DNA of 64,000 nt from positions 1-64,000 of the forward strand of contig CAYVYK010000008.1 of assembly GCA_964455675.1 (NCBI GenBank). The letters run 5' to 3'. The translations under genes and the position numbers were made by a program. The notes beneath the pieces were generated by a model. The model searched no databases and was not told the origin of the DNA. It saw only the letters and a list, made by a program, of their open reading frames with translations. Shown here piece by piece: positions 19,824 to 29,388 of this stretch; within the stretch, counting starts at the first letter, position 1, and each line of letters begins with the position of its first letter. The stretch comes from an uncultured Methanosarcinales archaeon (lineage in GTDB: Archaea; Nanobdellota; Nanobdellia; Woesearchaeales; CAYVYK01).

Positions 19824-20948
19824 GTGGAACCGGGAGAGGTGGTCACATTGGTAAATCCGATACAACACTCAAACCAGCCACTTGCGCCAAAGCCAAGTGA
19901 GAATCCAGCAGATAAAGAACTCGCTGAGATGCTCAAACAGCAGAAGGCAAAGATCCGAGTCATCGGATGCGGAGGAGCGGGAAATAACACGATCAACCGC
20001 ATGACCGAAATAGGGATCGAAGGAGCAGAGACAATCGCGATCAATACAGACGCCCAAGACCTACTCTACACAAGCGCCGACAAGAAAATCCTCATCGGAA
20101 AAGACATAACGAGAGGACTTGGAGCTGGAAGCGACCCGAAACTCGGCGAGGAGGCGGCACGAGAAACTGAACATGAACTGCGCGAAAGCCTCATGGGCGC
20201 GGACATGGTGTTCATCACGTGCGGCCTAGGCGGAGGAACGGGAACAGGAAGCGCACCAGTCACCGCAGAACTTGCCAAAAAACTCAACTGCCTCACGGTT
20301 GCAGTCGTCACGATGCCATTTACCATGGAAGGCACACGAAGGTATGAAAACGCCGTCGTAGGCCTTGAAAAACTCCAGACAATGTGCGACACGATCATCG
20401 TCATCCCGAACGACAAGCTCCTCGAGCTTGCGCCAGACCTTCCGCTTCACACCGCATTCAAAGTCGCGGACGAAATACTCACGAACGCAGTAAAAGGAAT
20501 CGCAGAACTCGTAACGCGCGCGGGACTCGTCAACCTTGACTTTGCGGACATTCGGGCCGTGATGAACAAGGGAGGAGTCGCGCTCATCGGCATGGGCGAG
20601 AGCGACACAGACCACCGCGCAAAAGAAGCAGTGGAAAAAGCGCTCAGCAATCCACTCCTTGATGTGGATGTTTCAGGCGCAAACGGCGCGCTCATCAATG
20701 TTATCGGCGGCCAAGACATGACACTATCAGAAGCGCGACAAGTCGTCGAAACCGTCACGGAACGTCTCGACCCAAACGCACGCGTGATCTGGGGAGCCCA
20801 GATCTATGAAGACCTTGAAAAAACACTGCGGGTCATGCTCATCATCACGGGAGTGCGGAGCCACCAAATCATCGGAGCAGGCCTACGTAAAGATCCTAAG
20901 TACAAATCGGAGATAGAAAACGAACTAGGAATCCACTTTATCAGTTGA
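19824..20948 (+). CDS. ftsZ: Cell division protein FtsZ
   Basis: [20 protein letters not shown] and NLDFAD motifs. Confidence 0.97.
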   Translation: MEPGEVVTLVNPIQHSNQPLAPKPSENPADKELAEMLKQQKAKIRVIGCGGAGNNTINRMTEIGIEGAETIAINTDAQDLLYTSADKKILIGKDITRGLGAGSDPKLGEEAARETEHELRESLMGADMVFITCGLGGGTGTGSAPVTAELAKKLNCLTVAVVTMPFTMEGTRRYENAVVGLEKLQTMCDTIIVIPNDKLLELAPDLPLHTAFKVADEILTNAVKGIAELVTRAGLVNLDFADIRAVMNKGGVALIGMGESDTDHRAKEAVEKALSNPLLDVDVSGANGALINVIGGQDMTLSEARQVVETVTERLDPNARVIWGAQIYEDLEKTLRVMLIITGVRSHQIIGAGLRKDPKYKSEIENELGIHFIS

Positions 20949-20953
20949 GAACC

Positions 20954-21148
20954 ATGGAAGAAGAACAACAGACCAAAACCGGAAAAATTAAGACGTTCAT
21001 CATGGAATGCAAGCGCGTCCTGCGCGTGACAAGAAAACCGGATGGACGAGAGTACAAGACAACCGTCAAAGTCACGGCAATCGGCAGCGCGATCATCGGC
21101 ATTATCGGATTCATCATCCAAGTACTCAACCAACTCATACTGGGATAA
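20954..21148 (+). CDS. secE: SecE/Sec61-gamma
   Basis: RVL.VTRKP...EY plus a TM helix; ftsZ-secE-spt5 synteny. Confidence 0.92.
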   Translation: MEEEQQTKTGKIKTFIMECKRVLRVTRKPDGREYKTTVKVTAIGSAIIGIIGFIIQVLNQLILG

Positions 21149-21150
21149 CC

Positions 21151-21699
21151 ATGACAGAAGAAACCAAAACAGAGGCAGATGAGAAAAGCCATCTCTTCGC
21201 ACTCCGAACAACCGCAAACCGCGAAGACCAAGTCGTCGACTTCCTATCCTCAAACATCACGAAGAGAAAGCTCGCCGTGTACAGTCTGATCAGGCCTCAC
21301 GGGATGCCAGGATACATCTTCGTCGAAGCAAAAAACAAGGCAGAAGCGGAGCAGTGCGCGCAGGGAGTACCTTACGCACGAGGAGTCCTCCCAAAAGAAA
21401 TCGAATACCGCGAAATCGAACACATGCTCGAACAGGTACGAAAAGAGATCAACATCAGGCAGAACGACATCGTGGAAATCATTTCCGGACCCTTCAAGCG
21501 CGAACAAGCAAAGATCACACGCATCGACAAGACAAAAGAAGAAGTCGTTGTCGAATTACTGGAAGCTGCGGTACCAATCCCAATCACAGTCAAGATCGAC
21601 GCAGTCAAAGTCGTGCGGCGCGACACACCAGATGAATCTGGAGCAACAGGCGCACCTGATACGGACACTGACAACGAGTTCAGAATGCCAGGACAGTAA
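21151..21699 (+). CDS. spt5: Transcription elongation factor Spt5/NusG
   Basis: GYIFVEA and KOW motif DIVEIISGPFK. Confidence 0.95.
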   Translation: MTEETKTEADEKSHLFALRTTANREDQVVDFLSSNITKRKLAVYSLIRPHGMPGYIFVEAKNKAEAEQCAQGVPYARGVLPKEIEYREIEHMLEQVRKEINIRQNDIVEIISGPFKREQAKITRIDKTKEEVVVELLEAAVPIPITVKIDAVKVVRRDTPDESGATGAPDTDTDNEFRMPGQ

Positions 21700-21736
21700 A
21701 TTAGACTCTCTTTTTTCAATTTATATGAATAGACCA

Positions 21737-22020
21737 AGGTCCGTCTCTTGCCGGTTGATTCACTTACTCCAATGGAGAATCAACGAATATAGGAGAAGAG
21801 GACACCTCCCGTTGGCAGAACAATAATGACGGATGCTCATGATAGTATCGCAGGACGGGCAGCCTCCCATCGATAGAATTTCCGATAGATGATTCATGAT
21901 AATAGAGTGGGACGGACAGCCTCCCTTCGGTCGGCTGGCAGCGGACGCCATCTTCAAGCGTGCGCTTGAATGATGGCTATGCTGGGCGTGAATGTGCATT
22001 TGCTTTCTGCTGGGCGTGAA
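21737..22020 (+). repeat. Dispersed repeat/double-hairpin element, copy 2
   Basis: Units ending CCTCCC at 21810, 21868 and 21925 (period 57-58). Hairpins CAGCC..GGCTG and GCCATCTTCAAGC-GTGC-GCTTGAA-T-GATGGC. Downstream 13-nt direct repeat TGCTGGGCGTGAA. Confidence 0.88.
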
Positions 22021-22090
22021 GGAATGGCTGGGGACGTTCCACAAGGCATGACCTAAAGCTTTATAAAGCACTTCAAAATCCTTGATACCA

Positions 22091-22831
22091 ATGGCAGTTG
22101 AAAAAATCGAAGCACTCGTGGAAGGCGGAAAAGCAAGCGCGGGACCACCACTTGGACCGGCACTCGGACCAATGGGAGTCAACATCGGACAGGTCATCGC
22201 GAAGATCAACGAAAAGACTGCCCTCTTCAAAGGAATGCAAGTACCAATCAAAGTTCTCATCACGAAAGAAACAAAAGAATTCGACATTGAAGTTGGAACG
22301 CCACCTGTCAGCGCGCTTGTCAAAAAGGAAGCGGGAATTGAAAAGGGAAGCGGAAACCCCAAAGAAGAAAAGATCGCAGACATCAGAATCGAGCAATGCA
22401 TCAAGATCGCAAAGATGAAAGAAGGAAGCAGCCTCGGAAAAACGCCCAAGGACCGCGTGAAAGAAGTCATCGGAACATGCAACTCCATGGGAGTCATGGT
22501 CGAGGGCAGACCAGCTGTTGAAGCCATAACACTCGTTAATGAAGGAAAGTTCGATGCACAGATCGCCGCAGGAAAAACAGAACTCACCGCAGAAGAACTC
22601 AAGAAGCTCAAGGAAGAACGCGAACGCCTGCAGCATGAGATCGAAGCGAGAAAAGCAGAATTCGAAAAGATCGCAAAAGACATCATCGAGCAGAACAAGG
22701 ACAAGAGCAGAAGCGACATCAAGCACAAGCTCAAAGCCGCGAACATCCCCGACGCGATCATCGCCGAACTATTGCCCGTGGAAGCCGCGGCAGCAACCGG
22801 CGAAGACAAGGGAGCCGCACCCAAGAAGTAG
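22091..22831 (+). CDS. rpl11: Ribosomal protein uL11 with a C-terminal extension
   Basis: GGKASAGPPLGPALGP, GTPP and GTC.SMG motifs; TATA at 22060-22067. Confidence 0.95.
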   Translation: MAVEKIEALVEGGKASAGPPLGPALGPMGVNIGQVIAKINEKTALFKGMQVPIKVLITKETKEFDIEVGTPPVSALVKKEAGIEKGSGNPKEEKIADIRIEQCIKIAKMKEGSSLGKTPKDRVKEVIGTCNSMGVMVEGRPAVEAITLVNEGKFDAQIAAGKTELTAEELKKLKEERERLQHEIEARKAEFEKIAKDIIEQNKDKSRSDIKHKLKAANIPDAIIAELLPVEAAAATGEDKGAAPKK

Positions 22832-22839
22832 GAATTCTC

Positions 22840-23349
22840 ATGAGCCACGTGTATTCAATCAGACAGCACTATGCCACAGGAGCAGAGGCGGAACGAACAG
22901 CGAGCAGAATGGAAGGCATACTCCAGGCATGGCAGAAGCGAGTTACTAGCCGCGGCGCCATGGAAAACCTCGCAATGCTCGGAGCATGCAGCATCGCGCT
23001 TCAGAAGATGGCACAAGCACTCCCTGGATTCTCAGGACCGAAACAAATAGTCGTCATCAATGATGCAGAAGTCACCCTCGAAGAACTTGCACCCACGGAC
23101 ATATTTGAACCTCCAGCAGTCGTGGAAGAAGCCGACACACGAGGATACCGAACAGTAACATATGACCTTGGAACATACGGCATGGTCGTTCTTGGAGTGC
23201 ATCCACGCGCACAATCTCATAAAAGCACCCTGACAGTTGAATACGCAAACCGCGGAGTGCCCATGGAATACTTCCGATTGCTCTGTGACGACCTCGAAAG
23301 AACTATTGCGGGAGAAAACATCCCCGAGCACGATCATAGACTTAATTAG
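22840..23349 (+). CDS. Hypothetical protein
   Basis: ORF directly after rpl11; no motif recognised. Confidence 0.55.
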   Translation: MSHVYSIRQHYATGAEAERTASRMEGILQAWQKRVTSRGAMENLAMLGACSIALQKMAQALPGFSGPKQIVVINDAEVTLEELAPTDIFEPPAVVEEADTRGYRTVTYDLGTYGMVVLGVHPRAQSHKSTLTVEYANRGVPMEYFRLLCDDLERTIAGENIPEHDHRLN

Positions 23350-23390
23350 GAGTTGCGATATCAATAAAAAGTTGACATGATTCTCGACAG

Positions 23391-25121
23391 GTGATGGGCG
23401 CAGTCACCGATGCAACAGTACTTGCAGTGCGCAAGGAGCTCCGAGATATCGTTATGGAGAGCCATCGTCCAGGATTTCTCAAAAACCACGGATTTGCAAT
23501 GCAGCTCGTGAATTGGCGGTGGACGAGTATTGGAGTCACGAGCATCGGAATGTTCAGCGGAATGAAGTTCAACCCGGAAAAAAGTATCAGCTCACCGCAC
23601 TATTACCACGAAATCGAAGTCCGCGCATACCGCCCAGGAGATATCGAGAGCGGACATGGCGTTGCATGCGTCATGGAATTTGCGCCAGCACTCACGAACT
23701 CATCACTCGATGCACTCATCGACGCAGTACGAAGAAAAACAGGAGATGCTTTCAAAGACGCACGAGAGGATTATCACTTGCGCGCCGCGGCACGAGCGAA
23801 GGACCAAACAATCCAGCCGCGAACGCTCGTGCGGACACCTAATGTTTACCATGAAGACATCACCAGACTCACGTGGGATACAAAACAGCTCGAAAAGAAT
23901 ATGACAGATGGAGCAGAACAACTTCGCAATCTGGATCCAGGACGACGGTACATTGACAGAACCGTTGGAATAGCGCGCCTACGCGCCGCAACCGTTCGGC
24001 AGGTCATTGTGGAAGTCCCTCCTGACAAACTCGGTCCAGAACCAAAGCGAAAACAACTCGGAGAAAAACTCATCCATATCCAGCAAAAGTTTGGGAAGGC
24101 ATACCTTGGCTGCACGATGAGAACACAAGACGGACGGTTCCAAACATTCTACGAAGGAGTCCCCCTCATCTATGGCAACCAGAGCAAAGACCGCTGGGTG
24201 ATCCAGAATGGCCTTGGTACCTTCATCTCCCGCATAGAAGAGTTCATGGGTGCACGAAACCTTCCCCCCGGACGATACGCAGCACTCCTTCATCAACAAC
24301 CATTCGGCCTCCTCATTCATGAAGCTATCGAGGGGCATGGAACAGACGCACAAGCAGTGGGCGATGGAGAAATTGCCACAGCAACCTTGTATGGATCACA
24401 ACTCTTTAGGATACCGATTCACATTACCGTTGACGGATCACGCGGAAGGTTTGGAAGCAGCACGTACGACTCTGAGGGAACACTGTGCAGAGAAGTGCGC
24501 ATTGTCGATGAAGGAAAACTCATCGCGCATCTCAATACGAGGGAAGGAGCGGCGCTCCTGCGAGAAAGGCCGCACGGAAACGCAAGGGTCGGATTTTCTG
24601 AAGATGAAGATATCCTCGAATATTTAGAACCTGAAGAAGAGGAAACGGGCATTGGATTCATTCCACAGGCACGGACATCATACGCTCGTGTCGGGCTTTC
24701 ACCTGATAAATACGCACAGCTTGCGTACCTTCGAAACAAACTTGAAAGGATTGCACGGCAGCGTGGAGACCCGGGATGGGTTGAAGTCGTCAGTCTCCAA
24801 TCAGGTGTCACGTGGCCGGAAGAGGGAAAAATGATGGCATACCATCCGCTCGTGTATTTCCACGACATTGCCAATGGGAAACGTATCCCGATGCGCGGCG
24901 TCAATATCTCCGAGAATCCAGCGGCATTCATGCAGAGTATCATCGGCATGGATGACAAACACGAAACAAGCTATGGGTACTGCTCGGATACGAGTGGCGT
25001 CGTAACATCAACATCAGTCGCCCCGCACGCATCAAGTGAGGGGATCAGCTTCATCAGAGTGCTTGGACCTGCGCAAAAGAAACCACCATTCTCCGCTCCT
25101 TCAACCCGAGGAGCATACTAA
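23391..25121 (+). CDS. Divergent TldD/PmbA-family metalloprotease
   Basis: GLLIHEAIEGH, YDSEG, IVDEG.L, GNAR and C-terminal GYC. Confidence 0.75.
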   Translation: MMGAVTDATVLAVRKELRDIVMESHRPGFLKNHGFAMQLVNWRWTSIGVTSIGMFSGMKFNPEKSISSPHYYHEIEVRAYRPGDIESGHGVACVMEFAPALTNSSLDALIDAVRRKTGDAFKDAREDYHLRAAARAKDQTIQPRTLVRTPNVYHEDITRLTWDTKQLEKNMTDGAEQLRNLDPGRRYIDRTVGIARLRAATVRQVIVEVPPDKLGPEPKRKQLGEKLIHIQQKFGKAYLGCTMRTQDGRFQTFYEGVPLIYGNQSKDRWVIQNGLGTFISRIEEFMGARNLPPGRYAALLHQQPFGLLIHEAIEGHGTDAQAVGDGEIATATLYGSQLFRIPIHITVDGSRGRFGSSTYDSEGTLCREVRIVDEGKLIAHLNTREGAALLRERPHGNARVGFSEDEDILEYLEPEEEETGIGFIPQARTSYARVGLSPDKYAQLAYLRNKLERIARQRGDPGWVEVVSLQSGVTWPEEGKMMAYHPLVYFHDIANGKRIPMRGVNISENPAAFMQSIIGMDDKHETSYGYCSDTSGVVTSTSVAPHASSEGISFIRVLGPAQKKPPFSAPSTRGAY

Positions 25122-25144
25122 TAAATACACAAAAAAATCCTCTC

Positions 25145-25903
25145 ATGATCATGCACGTCGCAATCATCGCATCGGAGCATGACACTGCCGGAATGAACAT
25201 CATGCGAATTCTCAAGACAATGGATTGGCCGAGCACTGTGAGCCTTGCTATAACACACCACGAACAAGTACACGCCGAAAATATCGATGAAGGAATGCAT
25301 GCGGATGTTCTCATCTTCGTCTCACGACACAGCTCGAGATCAGGAGTACCCTCGTTTAGCGTGCATCCCATCGGAAATTTTGGTGCGGCAACACTCGGCG
25401 GCAAGGAAAAAACACTCATTCCATGCCCTGCACTACTCATGAAGCACGCGCTAGTGTGCGTGGCACGGGAGTGCGAAAGATTCGGGCACGAAGTAACAAT
25501 GGAAGTCACGCATCACGGCCCGTTTTGCTCGAAGCCTATGTTCTTCATGGAAATCGGCTCGTCGGAAGAGCAGTGGAAGAATACCGAGTACGCGGCCGCG
25601 ATGGCACGCGCGGTGCATGCGGCCGTGACAGAACGCGCTAGGGAATGCACGATTGCCATCGGCCTAGGGGGCACACACTACGCGCAGAAGTTTACCAACA
25701 TACAGCTCCACGGAGAGTACGCGATCGGACACATGTGCGCAAAACACCAACTTGAGTATCTCGACGAGAAGAGGATTCACGAGATGATCGAGAAGAGCGG
25801 CAACGCGAAGGCTATCCTCGTCGACTGGAAGGGGCTTGGACCCCACAAAGAGCGGGTACGAGCACTCGTACAGAGCACGGGACTACCCATGATTCGCATC
25901 TGA
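25145..25903 (+). CDS. dtdA: D-aminoacyl-tRNA deacylase DTD2 (GEK1 family)
   Basis: SRH.S, H..GN, E.THHGP, EIGS...W and GG.HY motifs. Confidence 0.92.
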   Translation: MIMHVAIIASEHDTAGMNIMRILKTMDWPSTVSLAITHHEQVHAENIDEGMHADVLIFVSRHSSRSGVPSFSVHPIGNFGAATLGGKEKTLIPCPALLMKHALVCVARECERFGHEVTMEVTHHGPFCSKPMFFMEIGSSEEQWKNTEYAAAMARAVHAAVTERARECTIAIGLGGTHYAQKFTNIQLHGEYAIGHMCAKHQLEYLDEKRIHEMIEKSGNAKAILVDWKGLGPHKERVRALVQSTGLPMIRI

Positions 25904-25959
25904 AGCACTGTCTCGACGCGTTTTTTGCAAAATGGGATTTCTCACAGAATGTTTCTGTG

Positions 25960-26560
25960 GTAATTATTTTCCTACATCATACTATTGAATACTATCGTAT
26001 AGACTACACTCGTTTATAAGCGTTTTATTTCTATAGTATTTATTTATATTCTATATTCATTCTAACTAGTATTATAGCGTATTATTAATCCTCTTTATGT
26101 ATATTTGTTTAATTATATGTAATTGTACTAATAATAGTTAGGTATGTATCTATATTCATACTGCTTCGTACAATAAATACGATTTAATATGCTCTATTAT
26201 GATTAGATATTCTTATATACGTAGTAAACTAATAGCTTATCATGGTGTGTATGTATGTAATACTATTATACTCTCACTTGTTTACTTAGTATAGTGTATT
26301 ATTGTGTAGAACTCTTTATCATTATGTGATCATATGTGATCTAATGTAATTATTTTATTCTATACGTAATAGTGCAGATTGTTAATTTAAATGAGTATAA
26401 TTCTGGCAATTAGAATATGTATAGGTACTATAGTATCCAAATCAGTATTACATGTTGGGATATATCAATCAATAATACAAAACATGTACTCGTGTACCGA
26501 AATGTTTAAATAGGACCTATATGTATATTAGTGTACCAAAAGCGTATATTGGTATGTAAA
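25960..26560. other. Extremely AT-rich non-coding tract (about 600 bp)
   Basis: Abrupt compositional drop from the roughly 50% GC background; no ORF of 60 aa or more. Confidence 0.85.
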
Positions 26561-26604
26561 CGTATGATTCATGGTCCTTGCGTCGACGAAAAAAGAGTGA
26601 ACGG

Positions 26605-26754
26605 ATGAAAGAGCGCATCACGATAACAGTGAGAAAAGATCTTCTAGCATGGCTTGATGAACGCATCGAACGACGCATCTTCGCAAACCGCAGCCACGGA
26701 ATCGAATACCTCCTGAGGCAGAAGCTCGAGGAAGAAAAGGAGGGAAAGAAATGA
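26605..26754 (+). CDS. Ribbon-helix-helix (CopG/NikR-like) regulator, 49 aa; absent from the ORF track
   Basis: MKERITITVRKDLLAWLDERIERRIFANRSHGIEYLLRQKLEEEKEGKK. Confidence 0.85.
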   Translation: MKERITITVRKDLLAWLDERIERRIFANRSHGIEYLLRQKLEEEKEGKK

Positions 26755-27050
26755 ACTCATATTCTTTCATTCACAAGATGGGCGATCAGGAACTCTACAC
26801 TCTCCGACGAGAACTGGAGCGAGGAAGAGACGAAATGCTCCACGCAGTGACAGAACAGATTCGCATAAGGGAAGCACAACACCAGCGGATCTGCGCGACA
26901 TGCAACAGCATCATCGACGACAAGAGTGATACTAATTTCACGCTCATATTTGGACCCGCTGACTTACGAAAGCGGGCAACATTTTGTGCATTCGACTGCC
27001 TAGAATATTTTTTTGCAGGCATAAAAAGGGGAAAGGTGAGGCAACAATGA
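26751..27050 (+). CDS. Small Zn-finger protein (TRASH/MYM-like)
   Basis: C..C ... FC..DC; ATGA-coupled to both neighbours. Confidence 0.7.
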   Translation: MNSYSFIHKMGDQELYTLRRELERGRDEMLHAVTEQIRIREAQHQRICATCNSIIDDKSDTNFTLIFGPADLRKRATFCAFDCLEYFFAGIKRGKVRQQ

Positions 27051-27937
27051 ATACAGTTCGTTCAAAAGCCGCGTGGCTAAAAAAAGCATTTGTTGTGTTA
27101 TTTGTATTAGTAGTATTTGTGTTTACAACGACAATCGCCCTTGCGGTAGATTCGACATTTCCCGAGGGACCTGTTTTGACAACTGTGAATACCACTAGAC
27201 GTAACATAACATCTGCGCGACTGAGGACCGCGGTCGCCGGTAACGTGACGCAAATCACGTTAACCGGTAGTTCCATCACGCAGACCTGGCAAGGTTACTA
27301 CGGTAACATCACCGGTCGCGTGAGGCTCGACAACGCAGCGAACGAGGCGCTGTACACCTGGAACCTGCCGTACCCAAGCGGTGAAATATTCGCAACCCAG
27401 GTCCAAGTAGTAAACTGGACAAGCACGAACCTGCGATGCTGGGAACTTGACAGCACGAACAATTACGACGCAGACCTCACCCTCACGGAATATGAAGGAG
27501 GATCGTCCGCGCCGGTCTTCGCGGGCCTTGGACTTACCGCAATCGATGTGGACGGAGTTGATGAAACATTCACGAACCACACACCAGGAAGCACGAACGC
27601 AACAGGACACTCCAACTTTTACGTTGGAAACAAGCTCTTTAACGGAAGCATGACAGGCGGAGCAGTTGCGTGCCCACGAACTTGGCTCTACAACAGCAGC
27701 GGAACCGGAGGATTCTGGGGAGCACACTATGAGGACACAGCATTCGAAGAAGTCCTCATCTATGGAAACATCCATGGAACAGCAGCATCACTGCCAATTT
27801 ATACGTCAATCGTAAGGCAGTATGGAGCGCCAGGTTTCGACGGCAAGACATGGAACTTCGAGATGATTGTGGCAGAAAATGGACACAATGGTAATACGGC
27901 AACGACCAACTACTACTTTTATGTAGAGCTGGAGTGA
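27047..27937 (+). CDS. Secreted beta-rich glycoprotein (paralog 1)
   Basis: Signal peptide; WQGYYGNITG..L, GEIFAT, C-terminal YYFYVELE. Confidence 0.8.
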   Translation: MNTVRSKAAWLKKAFVVLFVLVVFVFTTTIALAVDSTFPEGPVLTTVNTTRRNITSARLRTAVAGNVTQITLTGSSITQTWQGYYGNITGRVRLDNAANEALYTWNLPYPSGEIFATQVQVVNWTSTNLRCWELDSTNNYDADLTLTEYEGGSSAPVFAGLGLTAIDVDGVDETFTNHTPGSTNATGHSNFYVGNKLFNGSMTGGAVACPRTWLYNSSGTGGFWGAHYEDTAFEEVLIYGNIHGTAASLPIYTSIVRQYGAPGFDGKTWNFEMIVAENGHNGNTATTNYYFYVELE

Positions 27938-27947
27938 GGTGAAAACC

Positions 27948-28793
27948 ATGAAAATCTACAAAAAAATAATCTCACTCGTGCTGATCGCGTGCCTGCTCCT
28001 TGCAAGCATGCTGGTAGTCGTCACTGCCATCGATCCAGAGAAGCCTGATCGGATCCAGAACCTCTCAAACAGAACCGCATCGTACCCCCTAGGATGGAAG
28101 CTCAACAAGACAAGAGGCTATATCTACGTAACCAAGATCAGCCACGCGCAACCAACGCTCAAGTGGCTTGGCTATGTAGGTAACGTTACGGGAACGATCG
28201 CCCTCAAGGACAGCAGCGCGTACGCACTCTTTGACTGGAGCACTAGCAGCGTCACAGGAGAAATCTACGCAACAAAAGAAGCAAGCGCGCACGCTGGAGA
28301 CATCTTTGGAGGAGGAATCCCCGACTGGGCAAACGTGATCTGCGCAAACCAGAGCATGATCAACGACGAAATGGGACTCTTCAACCACAGCGTCACGGAA
28401 GGCGACCGCTACAACAATACGTTCCGCAAAGAAAACTTCACACTGAAGGCATTCTACGCAGGAACAACACTCGTGAACGACACACTCGTCGCCAACCGCG
28501 TCAACGACAACTGCAGAGGACTCATCCTCAACAGGAACGGAACAAGAGGAACAGGAGTAATATCAAGCAAGTGGCAGGAAGTCGTACTCACCGATAAGAC
28601 AACCGAGGACGAAAGCTCAGACAGCGGATACGGAAAAGCAATACAGTACGACATCATCTACGCGGCACTCATCGAGAACCAAACCTACGGATACAACCGC
28701 GAGAAGATGGACTTCCAGATGCTACTGCCCCAAAGCGGACGACAAGGAACTGTGAGCAACGTGGCGTTCTACTTCTATGTCGAGCTGATATAG
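27948..28793 (+). CDS. Secreted beta-rich glycoprotein (paralog 2)
   Basis: Signal peptide; WLGYVGNVTG..L, GEIYAT, C-terminal FYFYVELI. Confidence 0.8.
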   Translation: MKIYKKIISLVLIACLLLASMLVVVTAIDPEKPDRIQNLSNRTASYPLGWKLNKTRGYIYVTKISHAQPTLKWLGYVGNVTGTIALKDSSAYALFDWSTSSVTGEIYATKEASAHAGDIFGGGIPDWANVICANQSMINDEMGLFNHSVTEGDRYNNTFRKENFTLKAFYAGTTLVNDTLVANRVNDNCRGLILNRNGTRGTGVISSKWQEVVLTDKTTEDESSDSGYGKAIQYDIIYAALIENQTYGYNREKMDFQMLLPQSGRQGTVSNVAFYFYVELI

Positions 28794-28936
28794 AAGTATT
28801 ACCTTTTTTTCTTTTTACCCTTGATTTTTCGGGACTCTTTTTCTTTTTAGTTTCACATAAGAAATGGCTTGATTTCTATGGCTTCCCATTGGCCTGCAGA
28901 TATTCTTTGCGTATGGTGCAATTACCGTAACATCGG

Positions 28937-29142
28937 AGGATGATCAACTTCCTTCAGTCGCTTGCTCGTTCACTTCGTTCTGCATTATTCTGCATTATCA
29001 TACCCATACCACTTGAGTAGGACGGTCGGCCTTAGGTCGGAATAAACAGACTCGATATCTCTATCATAACCCAGTAGGACGGTCAGCCTTCCTCCGGTCG
29101 GCCTTGAACAGTCGGCATCTTAAGGCTTCGCCTTAATGATGC
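28937..29142 (+). repeat. Dispersed repeat/double-hairpin element, copy 3
   Basis: AGTAGGACGGTCRGCCTT at 29016 and 29073 (period 57), degenerate unit at 28937. Hairpin GCATC-TTAAGGC-TTC-GCCTTAA-T-GATGC. Confidence 0.85.
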
Positions 29143-29258
29143 ACTTGCTTGATGCCTTTGCTGCACGTATATGGATAACGTTTGCTTGCGGTTCGTCATT
29201 GGCCGTACTTTTTTATGGAGCCACAAGGTATATAAAGGCCCGGCAAAACCACACGCAC

Positions 29259-29357
29259 ATGTCAAACCATTACATCAGACGCAAGAGGAGCGCATACATT
29301 CGGGGAAGGAACCGAAAGGTGCGACCCAAGGTCAAGAAGAGCACGTGGCGCGAATAG
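29259..29357 (+). CDS. Very small basic protein (32 aa)
   Basis: MSNHYIRRKRSAYIRGRNRKVRPKVKKSTWRE; TATATAAA about 23 nt upstream (leaderless arrangement). Confidence 0.5.
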   Translation: MSNHYIRRKRSAYIRGRNRKVRPKVKKSTWRE

Positions 29358-29388
29358 GTATTTATACGAGTAATTCTACTGAAGTACT

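Noticed and set aside
21737..21980. CRISPR array call for the repeat loci
   Set aside because: Only 2-4 units per locus, 17-23-nt degenerate repeats, partly conserved spacers, a fixed terminal double hairpin and no cas genes.
21760..22848. 362-aa minus-strand ORF, and similar antisense ORFs such as 29742-30422 and 38348-38983
   Set aside because: Shadow frames of real genes; Ser/Phe-rich composition produced by codon bias.
27047..27150. Class III (pilin) signal peptide KKA-FVVLF
   Set aside because: A standard ALA-V signal peptidase I site follows, and the paralog lacks the motif.
29136..29357. Ribosomal protein eL39/eL41
   Set aside because: Basic, but lacks the eL39 P.W/R.WRR motifs; the 73-aa version starts inside the repeat element.
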